In this document: piece after piece, positions 1 to 11,849 of the stretch
Layout: each line of letters begins with the position of its first letter
How positions within the stretch are numbered: position 1 is the first letter of the stretch
From: Ramazzottius varieornatus
Taxonomy: Eukaryota > Animalia > Tardigrada
DNA: 64,000 bases
Assembly (NCBI GenBank): GCA_001949185.1
Contig: BDGG01000001.1
Coordinates: 7,936,695 to 8,000,694, forward strand
Reading direction: 5' to 3'
The notes under the pieces: model-generated
Databases searched by the model: none
What the model was told of the DNA's origin: nothing
The model's input: only the letters and a program-made list of their open reading frames with translations
Made by a program: the position numbers and the translations under genes

Positions 1-125
1 CCAATATCTTTATTTGCTGTGTCGAATAAAATTTTCGAAACTTTAATACCATCCGTTCATTTTGAATGCTACATTTTCACTTATTTTCCTTTAATCGTTT
101 TCCGCCTTTTTTTCTGAAATCATTA

Positions 126-330
126 CTTTAAAGTGCCAATGAAGTGGGACAAGATTGTCCGGGTCCGCGTAAAGAATCCCCCCGGTACGCGCTGTGTTGG
201 CTGTTATGTGTCATGTCGTAGCGATCAGCTGATCGATACACACGTTGACCAGACATTTCACCCACCATCCGCGCGGTCTTTTTACACGCACCCGGATCCA
301 AGCCTGTCCCGCGTCATTGGCACTTTAAAG
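126..330. mobile_element. Tc1/mariner-type MITE (~205 bp)
   Basis: Ends ctttaaagtgccaatga...tcattggcactttaaag are reverse complements, extending imperfectly ~60 bp; TA on both sides (124-125, 331-332). Confidence 0.75.
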
Positions 331-426
331 TATTAGGGACGTCCGCAAATGAGTTCCACCGGATCGTCAAGTGGCGCACGTTTTCGTTGTTACAGAACGG
401 AAATGTGCGGCACTTGGGGAAAGGAT

Positions 427-1456
427 CGGTGTTGTATTTAGTTACCGTCTAGAGAAAAATAGATTTCGTCTCTTCTTCAGTTACAGTTTTAGTCCCGGGA
501 CTAAAATCGAGAGTAAAACTGAATTGCGGGACGAAAACTGAAAAGGCAAAGACTACAATGGAAAAGCTCAGACGAAAACTGAAATGTATACGACAATAAC
601 TGAAATGCTGAGACGATGATTCGAAATCTGAAGACTGAAATGTCAAAGCTGGGACTAAATGTGAAATTTGTGAGACTGAAACTAAAATGCCGGGACGATA
701 ACTAAATCGCTTGGGACTAAAACTAAAACGTCGAGACGAAAACTCAAAAGCCCGAGACTAAAAGTAAAATGCCGGGACGAAAATTCAAAAGCCAACGACT
801 AAAATGCGAAACGTGGGACCAAAAGCAGAACGTCAAGTCTAAACCAGAAATCGATGCGCAAAGCACCAGACGGTAGCAAACCTTGAACTAACGGGGACTA
901 TGCTGTAAATCGATTATTGCAGGACAAAACATTTTCGAGACTTCTTTGACATTTTGGAAACAAGCTACTGTATTCCTCGAAAGTTGTGCGCAGTCACATG
1001 ACCGACCCATAACATAATCCCCGGAACCTGCCCAATGAACCACGATCAACCGGGATCCTGGTTTATGAGCCTGTCATGTGACTGCCCATAGCTTTCCAGG
1101 GAATACCGTACATAACTTCCCCGTTCATGTATGAATGGGAGAAATCGATACCATACAACAGAGAGCCTAAAACTAAACTGGTCGGACTAAAACTAAATCT
1201 GGAGACTAAAACTCGAATTCGAAAGACCAAAATGGTTTTGAAAAGACTAAAACTGAATTGGCTGGGACTAAAACCGAATTTCGGGGCTAAAACTCGATTC
1301 CGAAAGACGAAAATGGTTCTGACAAGTGACAAGACGGAAACTAAAATGGTCGGGAATAAAACTGAACGAACTGAAACTGCGCAACTCGGGACTAAATTGG
1401 GTTCGTCTGGACTAAAACTATAACTAAAATCGAGACTGAAACTAAATACAACACTG
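427..1456. mobile_element. Non-autonomous hAT-like element with gactaaaac subterminal repeat arrays
   Basis: TIR cggtgttgtatttagtt / aactaaatacaacactg (16/17); 8-bp TSD gaaaggat/gaaaggac (7/8); dense gggactaaaac-like repeats at ~490-840 and ~1165-1450. Confidence 0.75.
968..1108. mobile_element. MITE nested in the hAT-like element
   Basis: Imperfect ~45-bp TIR (ctgtattcc..gcagtcacatgac / gtcatgtgactgc..ggaataccg), TA-flanked; related end at ~7143-7210. Confidence 0.65.
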
Positions 1457-1566
1457 GAAAGGACCAGGCTCAAGTCATTTGCCGACCTCCGTTATTAGAC
1501 CGGTTTTGACACGTTCGGAAATCCTCTAGAATGTTTTAGCTGTACTTACGGAATTTTTTTCGACAG

Positions 1567-3421
1567 GGATACTCGGAGTGTGAACATGCACAAAGCCGAT
1601 GGCGGACACATCGGCGACCTCTTGCTCAAGCAGAACGACGCCCTCGACCAGTACCTCGTCTTCCTTGACAAACTGCCCGAGCTCCTGGTGGGCCTTGAAG
1701 TTACCTACCGCAAGAACCGGCAGTTCGAACACCTGTACCGGACCTTCGAGCTGGAGAAGTACTGTTTCCTCCCCGTTGCCGCATTCTTGCTGAGACCGGC
1801 GCAAAGACTTCTTCAGTACCAATCGGTCCTCGAACGTAAGGAACAATTTCCTTGATGCAATCACCACCTCTAATGGCCTTTTCATTGCAGGCTTACTCAC
1901 CCATTACCCGCCTCATCATTTCGATTATGGTGATTGTGAGGCCGCACTGCAAAACTTCCGCCGAGCCAGCGGGGTCGTCCACGAAGCCGTCCGCCATGCC
2001 GAGCACTTTACCAAACTAATGGAACTCCAGCGCGATCTCCTGGGAATCGAGAACTTGGCGGTGCCAGCTCGAGTACGTAATTTGCTCTTGATGATTTTAT
2101 GATGGCTCTAGTGCGATATCTTGATCTTTTACAGGAATTCATCCGCGAAGGATGTCTGCAGAAATTTTCCAAGAAAGGCTATCAGCAGAGAATGTTCATC
2201 CTGGTAAGCGCAAAAGGCTTTTCACCCACATGCATACACTTCCTATGACAGTTTCGTTCACCCTGTATGCTGGTAACAGGATCGCTTACTTGCTTACGTG
2301 ATATAAGCGTTTAACAGTATAATTTGTACATATCATGATGAAAAGACAGGGAGTTGTTCAGTGTCGTGTTTTCTTCAACCATTGTTTTTCGTACTTTCGT
2401 AGTTGACGGATGTTTTACTCTACTGCAACCGTGTCGCCACCTCTAGCGGTCATTTCAAAGTCCACGGACAAGTCGGTGTCCGTGGCATGATGATCGAAGA
2501 CAGTACAGGACCAAAGCACGGCATGGACTTTTGCTTTACGATCTATGGAGGAAACCGGGCCCTCATAGTAGCTGCCAGGTTCGTCCAAAAGATCCACGGT
2601 GAAGAAGTTTTCGGTTATTCAACCTTTTATGTTGTAGTTCGGCAGAGGAGAAGTCCAAGTGGCTTCACGACCTGCAAACCGCCATGGACCAATCGAAACG
2701 TCTTGCCTACGATAAACTCCTACAATACAGCACGCTCAAGTCCATTAGCTCTTCCGACGAAGTGCTGCACAAGCACGATGCGTTTAACTCTTCTGCTCAA
2801 CCCACCGGCACCGTCGGTGACGGCGATACTTTACGGACCAAATCCCCTTCGGAAAAGAGCCAGATGACAACACGGTCAAACACTACCCTTCACGTCTGTT
2901 GGCACCGTAACACCACCATCAGCTGCCGTGAACTCTCGAAGTCATTTCAGGTACATCTCAACTAATTTCGTTTGGATGAGTGATGTAAGGGATGCTTGTT
3001 CTTGCAGTATCAGCTGTGTGGATTCCTGTTGAGGAAGTTCAAAAGTAGTGACGGCTGGCAGAAGCTGTGGGTCGTCTTCTCCAACTTCTGCCTGTTTTTC
3101 TTCAAGAACTATCAGGAAAGCGCACCGTTGGCCAGTCTACCGTTGATCGGCTACCGTGTCGCAATACCTTCGTTTGAAGATAATATTCTCAAGGACCACG
3201 TTTTTAAGCTGCACTTCAAATCCCACACATATTTTTTTCGCTCGGAGAACGAATACACTTTCAACAGGTACTTGAATAAGTAAGCTCCATCCGTCGCGCT
3301 TCTTCACACGAAGTCTAGCCTTGGATTCGTTTTCAGGTGGATGGATGTTTTGATCGCGGTAACCAGCTCAGACCAGAACGACGACTCTGAGCATTTGACT
3401 GGCAATGGAATGCATGTATAA
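1567..3421 (+). CDS. FARP: FERM/RhoGEF/pleckstrin-domain protein (FARP1/2, Cdep/frm-3 family), 3' exons encoding DH-PH-PH; 5' exons not identified in window
   Basis: GT-AG exons 1567-1835, 1891-2072, 2135-2203, 2403-2578, 2638-2950, 3008-3267, 3337-3421 join in frame. Motifs FLLRPAQRLLQY, ELQRDLLGIENL, EFIREGCLQKFSKKGYQQRMF, RSNTTLHVCWHRNT and GFLLRKFKSSDGWQKLWVVFSNFCLFF are characteristic of FARP. Confidence 0.93.
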
Positions 3422-3645
3422 TGAACGACGGGCTTTCTCTCAAGGTTTCAATTTAGAGTTCTCTTGTTTTATTCATTTTTCACACTTACGCAGTGGTTTT
3501 GACCACTCTAGTTTGTTTTCTGATTTGAAATGGCGTATGGACTGATTTCCATCCTTTGACTGTTGTACGATTTTCCGAAGCAAGTTGTAGATCATGACTG
3601 TGATAAAATTTGAGAAAAAATTTGGATCAGTTATATGCTCGAAAC

Positions 3646-4077
3646 TCATACGATCGTGATTTCAGTGGTTCGAGTTCCTGTCAAACCTTCACTATCGATA
3701 GCGGTAACAGGCGCAGTGTACTCCCAAGGCCAAATGGGACCCGGTTCATGATTCACGCCTGGTTCCCGGTTGTGCTCGCTGTGGCTTTCAGGACTTTAAA
3801 GAACATGTGAAGGAAGACAAAAACGCGTCGTGGTTTGCTTGAACTCAATATGGTCAAACGGGAATGATGAGTCAGGAGGACACCTATCGTTAGCGGGATC
3901 GACAAAGAAGAGAGGCGGAGTTCCGCCGGTAACGGTCAACGTCGCAAGGATAGAACCCGCTGGCAGGTATTGTTGACCAATTGACAATGCAGTCGCAGAG
4001 ATTATTATGGGTTTCGCGGCCTGTCCATCACTTCTCTGTAGGCAGAGGAGAATCAAGACGGGGGATAGAGGCCACAA
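3646..4077 (-). CDS. Candidate small secreted protein with cadherin/Ig-like beta-sandwich (spliced or pseudogene)
   Basis: Hydrophobic leader PVLILLCLQ, then LATLTVTGGTPP. The same frame continues past TAA (3796) to YTAPVTAIDSEGLTGTRTTEITIV-stop. A 90-nt GT..AG intron (gtgtcc...ctttaaag) would remove the stop in frame. No ATG found. Confidence 0.4.
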
Positions 4078-4299
4078 AGAAAGCGAGAGACCAATTAAAG
4101 CACTGGTTCTCGGGGGAGAGAATGACTGTTAGTCAACCTGGAAGTTTGTAAATACCGAGGAAAATAATAGGGCATGTCAGTTTACCAATGTTCTACTCCA
4201 TTTTGATTTTAAATTATACCACGCACTACAGTTGTCGGATCATAAGTGGACAGAAGGGCTGGGCGGTTAGCAATCGAAGACAATGTCGTAACGTCGTCG

Positions 4300-5401
4300 T
4301 CGTTGAAGTACTACAATTTGGCACAGGTTCGCTCAGCTCCCTGCTGCTTTCAGGATTGGTTGTACGACGGTGTATCATTACAGTTATCCAAGAACCTAGA
4401 ACTTTTTGGCTTGTGGAGTAGCGTTTTATTGAATTAGTATGTCAAGAAGAACTTTTCCGGGGACCAAAGACATGATTCGCTCCTGCATGGTATCAACACT
4501 CTTCGTACGACCGTCCTCTTTGTGTATGCAATCACTCAGTTTTGTTCACCTCCCAGTTTTAGCTTTTGGTCGTTCGGGTCTGGGTCTCTTTGTTTGCATG
4601 TACCTCGGTCTTCTCACCAAAGCGACACTAATGACCACCGGTCAGCAAAACCTCAGCACGCTGGAAAGTTTTTCTACGGTTTCGGGTGGTTCTGGTGAAT
4701 CTCTTCGCGCGAGACACGTGCACGATATTCGCTTAGAAAAAAACTGGAGCACCGAGGACAGTGATATCTATCGAAGCCGAGCCTGGGATAAAATTTGTAG
4801 TTATCAGTGCGGTCAAAAGAAAATCAAGACGACCAGTTCTCCCTTTTGAGATTTGGCGTTCATGGCCTGTCAATTATCCGAATTTTGAAATTTCGAAAAT
4901 TGCCTATTGGTTGGACCAGCCTCCGCAACACGGTACCAGCCAATAAAATTCCTGTATGCACAAAGAGCACGGTAGTATTCTGCAAACATGAAAACGATCG
5001 TGCTGAAAGTGTTAATAAGCGGTTCAACGGTGTCTCTCCGCACAGGGGATACTAGCGGATCGAGAAGGAGTTTCCTTCACCTCTTGCAGATTCATGACAG
5101 CAAGTCTGTACAGTCTCATCTCAATTCACAGACACGGCTACGGGTTTCCGACGTACTGTTGTACACGAAACACGTTTGCGAAAGTTTTCAGCACAGTTTG
5201 GGCTCTGCTGACCACTCTATATCACACTGTGGGTCGTAACGTTATTCGACAAGGTCAGTCTTCTATTGGACTTTCCCACATGGTTTGGTTTTGCTTTCCT
5301 GTCGAGGTATGATCTTGAAGTCCGTTCGTCCAACTGAATGCAGGATGAAAAGCTTGGTAAAGAATCGATGCGGTTACTAACTGCTCGCTCGTGGTTCAAG
5401 T
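4300..5401 (+). pseudogene. Possible decayed ionotropic-receptor (iGluR/IR)-like gene
   Basis: Fragments in different frames: GLFVCMYLGLLTKATLMTTGQQNLSTLES (M3-like plus STLE) and HGYGFPTYCCTRNTFAKVFSTV (S2-like); many stops and frameshifts. Confidence 0.3.
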
Positions 5402-7101
5402 TATAGAAGGCTCGGCGAAGCTAAAATAAGCCGTTTTAGCCGTTCTTGGCCGTAGCTAAAAATATTTTAGCCGCGGCTAACCCAGATAAAAAAGTCAAAA
5501 TAGTAAGACACTAAAAGTGGATTCGATACACTACCGATTATTACTAGTGTCTAACATCCATCAGCGGTGTCTTGAAAATCTGGCAGGTCTACAACTTGTG
5601 CATTTCAGTGTCTTACTCGGACCTTTGTACTGCGGGAATACGGCGAGAGACTGATTCGTGTATCCTCACAGGCGCCCTAAGTATGCGTTACATAGCATTA
5701 CCGGAATGTTTTATGTCTGCTAAGAGCCAATTCGAACCCCACTGCGGGTATCTTACCGTTGCACTTTATGATTCTGACCACGATATTGAGCAAGAATTAT
5801 TAAATTAAAAACTGAACCAGATAAGCGCTGTTTGAAATGTCTCCAGAAACGAAAGAATAGAGAATAAAAGAAAAGACGGTTCCGTACAAGCTCGACACCG
5901 AAAAAGAAGAATTCAATTGTCATTGTACAAATACTTCTTAATGGTTTCCATTTTGTAGTCTATGACAGACTCGAGGACGCGGAAATACTTTCCACGTTAA
6001 TGGCGGCGCTTGTCTGGAACGATCTCGTCTGAAATAAAAATATCACCAAACACGACCTACGCAAAATGGAAAACAGAGTGTTGGGGCACAGTTTACCTGT
6101 TGAGGACAGCGGTGACACCTTCGTTCCTTTCCTCATTGAAGAAAGCAAATTTACCTTTTCCCTCAACCATTCTGGAACGACGGATAAGATCCAGAGTCAC
6201 TTCCTTCAGTTCGCCTTCCACAAATTCCGAACAATCACCTTCGATGGGTGAAGTTCGACCGTACTCCCCTTCACTGTATACTTTCAGATCCGCGCTACAG
6301 TCGACAAAAATATCTCCGCGGTCAAAGTCGTAGAAACCGTACTGGTTTTGAGGGCCAGCTTCAGCCGTTAAATGGTCGAAGTACGCTGCAACAGGAACGA
6401 TGACTGATGTTATTTGATAAAATGAACCTTCAGGAAAGAATGCATTACCTTGAAGGACACCACTTTCTCGTGCCTTTTCGATGGCGTCAGCAGCGTGAAC
6501 ATAATTGTTCACATTACGCTACTTACAAACCAGTAATTCAAGAAGCCTTGTTTTTTTGTGAGCAGAAGTTCGCTCAGTATATTTTGGTTCTGTCTGCATC
6601 TTGCACGTGTACGGTGTGAGGTTGCTGCAAATTTTAGCAGTAAACTACGGAACGCCGACCACACTCGCTGTCAGTAATCTACCAGTGTTCGACCAGTGTC
6701 TAGCGAATTTTGCTGACATATTTCAACGGAGCTTTCGAAAGATGACCACAGTACGACGAGTTCCGGATGACTGTGTTTCTGCTTAACTATCTGGATGGAC
6801 TTTCCATGGACTGAAACACAACCTTTACAGATCCACCACAGCTTCTCCCTAAATTCCGATTTTTATATGGGTAAAGCAGCTAAAATACTTTTAGCCACGG
6901 CTAGAATGTGTTGTGCGTTCGAATGATATATTGATGTTGAGTCGGCTAAAATAGTTTTGGCATCGATAAATCATGCGAACGCACAATATATTCTAGCCGT
7001 GGCTAAAAGTATCTTAGCTGCTTTAGCCGCGGCTGGAATATTATTAGCCACGGCTAAGAACGGCTAAAGCGGCTTATTTTAGCTTCGCCGAGCCTTCTAT
7101 A
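5402..7101. mobile_element. hAT-like non-autonomous TIR element carrying gene cargo
   Basis: Perfect 32-bp TIR tatagaaggctcggcgaagctaaaataagccg; perfect 8-bp TSD gttcaagt (5394-5401, 7102-7109); tagcc/ggcta subterminal repeats; no transposase motifs seen. Confidence 0.9.
5960..6480 (-). CDS. Divergent profilin-like protein inside the TIR element (5' end uncertain)
   Basis: ORF 6093-6512 joins ORF 5960-6166 through a 40-nt GT-AG intron (6057-6096) with a polypyrimidine tract. Product: AAYFDHL...YGFYDFDRGDIFVDCSADLKV...EVTL...GVTAVLNRSCLVIFLFQTRSFQTSAAINVESI, which follows profilin spacing by eye. Confidence 0.5.
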
Positions 7102-7787
7102 GTTCAAGTGCGCTAGCAGTACCGATGCCAAAATACGGACCATACTGTATTCCCTTAAAAATTCTGCGCAGTCACATGACAGGCCCGTAAAATGATCCAT
7201 GGGACCTGCTGACGACTCGTAGAGAGTTTTCAAAACTGGGGAATCTGAGCAACAAAGACTTGCTTTGACGGTAGAAAAAAGGAGCAGAAAACGTGATACA
7301 AACGTGTGAACTTGGCATTGTAATTCAATTTTGTTCAGTTTGGTTACTACAGGAGGGACAGAATCCCGCGATGTTCCCGATCAGATTAACTCGGGGCACG
7401 CTTCGGATTTGAAGATTTAAATCTGGGATGTTCTGAGTCTTTGCCATGATTCTTCTTCTGAGTACACCTTTGAATGGCTGATCTCAAACAGGAGACCACT
7501 TCCCTGGTAGTGGTAGCGGTTTGGATGAATCCATCACGTTATGGCGGGAGGCTCACCACCCTGTTCTACCAAACTTGGCGCAGACTTGTTTCGTGCTTGA
7601 GTTTCGGTCCCAAGTTTCTGAACCGATGTATTCACTTCAGCTCCGAGATTACCCGAGCTCGGGTATGCGAGCTGGCTATGCTGGCGCTTGCTGCGTGGAG
7701 CTCACAACTCCCGGATGAAGCAGTCTTGACAACCGCGACGAAACTACGCACTACCGAGAGTTTGAGTGGTGTATGAAGCAGGGGATC

Positions 7788-8577
7788 AGGGTCAGTTGAG
7801 TACTGGTCTTACAGCTGTATAGCACAGCAATATCGGAACAGCGGAAACACAATTAAAAACCTGATTGGAGGAGGCGGGAAAACACCGACGCGCCCATCAG
7901 GAATGATGACGTCACAGTTTACTAATACATAAATTGCGAAACACGAACACAGTGACAGGAGAAGAATAACGCAAGGAAGCATAAGTCAGCTGGAAGAGGC
8001 AACGCGGTGGATTCTATCTTTGTGTTTTCTGGGCTTTTTGACCTTGTCTGCTTTTGGTTTTGGGAGTTTCTCCAGTTGAGTAAGACGTTTCGAGTAAAAC
8101 TACAAGCGACGCGTAAAGAAAAAACGAGTAACACCACAGATAACATCAGCAAGATTGCAAGAACATTCTACAGCGCCGAAGTTCTTTTCTTGCCAGTTTG
8201 TCAGAAGACTTTCTGAAGCAGCAGAGGTGAAGATAGGTGAGAAATCTTCCAAATTATGGTGCAATAGCTGGGTCAGTTCACGCATACCAGGTTGGAGTAT
8301 GCATGTGACTGTCGCGTCCCATTGTAAGGTACAGATTTTTCACGCATCAGCCTACAGCTCGGACGGTGTGTGTACGTGGATGTCACGTTTCATTATAAGT
8401 GTACCAAAGTTATCACGCATCACCCTACCGTTGCTGGGCGGAGAGCGCTTGCACCTCAACCAATCAAAACCTGGTGTTTCCCGGCTGCGGCAAAGCTTGT
8501 GTGAAGTTTCCCGTAAAGCTGAGGCTATTTCAACTGTTCGAGCAATCAACCTCCCAGACCAGTACTCAACTGACCCT
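7788..8577. mobile_element. Non-autonomous TIR element (~790 bp, possibly PIF/Harbinger-like)
   Basis: 22-bp TIR agggtcagttgagtactggtct / agaccagtactcaactgaccct; TSD not clean. Confidence 0.6.
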
Positions 8578-8799
8578 TGATTATGGTCCAGATATACTAC
8601 ATACTCGTGCTGTGTAGATTACTTGTCAAGCCCAAACGTGTCTCCGGCTATTTGGTTGGCTGTTTCTAGAAAGGTTGAACGTACTTTTGATCAGGATCCA
8701 TACACGAGCACAGGTAACTATGCTAAGCAAGTACTTCACGCAGACCGATAACCAACTATCAACTCGTGCGGACTTAGCTGTAGATACAGGGCTGGTAGG

Positions 8800-9325
8800 C
8801 ATGGCCGGCACTCGATCCTGAACGAATCACTGAGCTGTGCTTTGGTCACCTGTCAGTCCCACGCGATACTCGAGCCCAATGGTGTGCTGAGAGATGCCAC
8901 AATGAAGTGGCGTGATGAATGACGCTGGTTCCATGGAAGGAAGGCAAGGCCTTGGTTTGGGACGTTACGTGTGTGGACACGCTGTGTGACAGCCATGTTT
9001 GTGGATCGGCAGAGAACGCGGGTTATGCGGCCTAAAAAGCCGAGGATCTCAAACGCGCGAAGTATCGGAACCTAGAAGGCCGGTGATTTTTCTGTCCAGT
9101 TGACGTCGAGACCTACGGTACTTTCGGTCCTTCAGTTGCGAGCCTGCTCAAAGAATTTGGGAAAAGGGTTGGTGATCCCACGGGAGAAAGAAGATCCTCG
9201 GAATTTCTTAGACAGCGTTTAAGTGTAGACATACAGAGGGGAAATACTGCCTGTGTTCTGGGAACCTTTCCTTTCTCTCGCGCTCTAAAAAAATCTTTTA
9301 TATTTTGGATAATCAGAACCAGTAA
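8800..9325 (+). mobile_element. 5'-truncated RLE-endonuclease non-LTR retrotransposon (CRE-like), 3' end
   Basis: [61 protein letters not shown], with stops. Confidence 0.85.
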
Positions 9326-10697
9326 GTAGCTTGTGCTGGGCTTCCTTTTGCCCGCTACGTCTTTTGAAATTTGAAAATGTGAACGTGAACTTGAATGAAG
9401 CCACTCTTTTAAAACAGTAATGAGCACTCGTGCCGGAAATATTTAGGTTCGGCTGCATATCAGTACACAAATTTTGCCAAATTACTGGCACGGACGAGAT
9501 TACTAACGAGATTACCAACATCCAGTCCCCCTTCGTTTTGTGGTATCCTACTAATTTAACCCGAAAGAAACTTCTGACAAGGTCGTGGACCGTCTAAAAA
9601 GAAATCTTCGAACAAAAGTCGCAGCAACATATTCTCGACCCGCTTGGATGGACGTGCCCAGGATTTTTTCGACGCCAGCCTATCAAAAACATTCTCCCTT
9701 GATTGCCAGTTTTGATTGAGCGTCGGTATATCATCACAATCGGTGAATCGATCGGAACGAGCTCCTGGTGACGTCGAAAAAACCCGAGCGCCGCCTAGCT
9801 CGGCCAGGCTTTGTTCGTGAAAGATTACCTGTACAAGTTTATGAAATCGCTGGTATTTCGTGCTCGTGCGTTTCTTCTGAAAAACGAATGGTGTGCCCGA
9901 GGAACGAGAATCTGTCTGTCAGTTGGCAAGGTCTTCGAGCTTCAGTATCTAGCTTTTCGAGAAGGTCTACTCTGAATAAAAGGGGGAACAAGGGTAGGGC
10001 AGCCGCGCCGGTACACGCGCCTGGCCCGAATGTGGGGATGGACAAAAATGGGGGGAACGGAGCGAAAGTGGCTGCGCTCCGATTGATTTANNNNNNNNNN
10101 NNNNNNNNNNNNNNNNNNNNNNNNNNNNNNNNNNNNNNNNGGCCAGGTCGTGCCATGATCTGTCAGTAGAAGGTGCCTTCTTAGGACTGGTTGCTCAAAC
10201 GAGAGTTTCTGCATGGGGAGTCCGAAAGTCTTTTTTCAGATCAGCTGTGTTGGGGGGTGGTGATGCGCCTCTTCTGGGATCACGGCACGAACTTCGTACG
10301 GCAGACTGTATCCCTGCTAGTTTCTTATCATTTTTGAGTGGAATGTAGTGTGGTCTCGTTTACTGTGGGAGAGCTGTAGATTGCAGCTATGACAAAACTT
10401 GAATGAGGAGATTTTGTGAATAGTTATCGGGAAAAAACTCAGAACGCGTGCACCGTTTCGGCGCAAAAGAGCAGCTCTCAGGTGCCCTACGTAGAGGGCA
10501 CCTGAGCGAGCGAGCGAGGCGTTTTCATAGGGGGACTCGGGCAATGGTAAGTTTGACCACCCACGCGATGGAACTTTTTGGGGCGGATTCGGAGCCAAAC
10601 GCGTTGCCGATGGCTGGCGTGTTTGACCGCTGTCTTATCCAGTGCACTCATACCCAGTACGCTGCGCGCTCGGCTGTCCAGTGTTGTACCACTTGCT

Positions 10698-10878
10698 AAG
10701 CTCTGTTTTATCTACCGATGGGTGGTACTTTCCAAGAGCTGATCTTAACTTTCTAAAACGGCCAAGTTGACTCGCCTCATGAACTAAGAACTATGACCGT
10801 AAAAGAATCCATAAAAAATGTGGGATGGGTTGGCCAGGAGGCTAAAAGTACCATCCATCGGTAGATGAAACAGAGCTT
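10698..10878. mobile_element. MITE (~180 bp)
   Basis: ~34-bp TIR agctctgttttatctaccgatgggtggtacttt / aaagtaccatccatcggtagatgaaacagagct, TA-flanked. Confidence 0.75.
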
Positions 10879-11442
10879 AGTGCATTAATCACGATACTCC
10901 ACGAAACTTGCAATCTCCCAAGTTACAGAGCGAGCCGCAGGCGAGATTGTTCTTGTACAGGTATGGCATATGATACATTGTGTAAAGCGGGTTACTCGAG
11001 CACAAGCTGAGCACCGGCTGAATAAATGAAAGATATACGGATGTCAGATGTAAAGATGAAACAGAAGACAGTACTGAGAATTTCTCGGGCAAGAAAGCTG
11101 AGTACCTCCTACACAAGAAACAATAAAGGTTCGTTAGCGACTTGAGCGCTACGCGAGCATTGGAGCACGTACATAGATAACCTTCGTGTAAGCCGAGTTG
11201 ATTGGTCTCACAGATTAATGCTGCTTGGAAATGGTTTTCGCTTGAGTTTACCTGCGTTGGTTTCGTCAGTCGATATTTTGAGAGCTTGTGTGTGGTCAAA
11301 TTTCCCCTCCCACCTCTCCATGCTGCCTTTGTTTTTTGCCGTATGTTGTTGTGCATTGTTGGTGATTTCTCTGTTCGTTGCGTACCCTACGGTTGTTTGT
11401 TTGTTCGTCCTAATAATGAACGGTGTCTGTCTGGCCTAATTA

Positions 11443-11849
11443 GGGTCAGCAAACCTTGCGGCCAGTAATAGTGTAATATGCCAGAGGACTTCCCTTCAAT
11501 ACCGGACGCCTGGGTTTTCCTTGATTAAGAATGAACACCGAAGTACTTGGGGTCAGTGAGGATGAACTGCCAAGGTGGGCGGATATACACAGTTGTGTGA
11601 ACCATCTGCTGAGCATTCGCACAGTCCCCAAACACGGACCGACGGCCGATCAGCACTAACCTAAGATTCGCTGCATAGTCTGGGTTAAGGAGACGATTTC
11701 TGGTCGGACATAACGACTGGAAACGTCGCTGCGCCATCTGCCCGTAACCCTAATCTGCTCGATGTGTCATCGCTTTGGGCCGATTGCCAATGGTTTTTTT
11801 CCATGCAAGTAACTAGCCAAAGTACACGTGCCTGGATGATATGTAGGGA
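11443..11849 (-). mobile_element. Degraded DIRS/Ngaro tyrosine-recombinase C-terminus plus terminal repeat
   Basis: Frameshifted VRMLSRW...VYIRPP resembles the YR LGRWxS..YIR motif; ends in a ~62-bp sequence also found at 37402-37464 next to a clear DIRS/Ngaro fragment. Confidence 0.4.

Noticed and set aside
490-1450. Spaced gactaaaac repeats as a CRISPR-like array, and Lys/Thr-rich ORFs 1127-1423 and 1063-1473
   Set aside because: Units are short, degenerate and irregularly spaced, and lie inside a TIR/TSD-bounded element; the ORFs are translations of the repeat.
10141-10700. Possible BEL/Pao integrase remnant (WDHGTNFV)
   Set aside because: Only one short motif; no supporting motifs in a consistent order.
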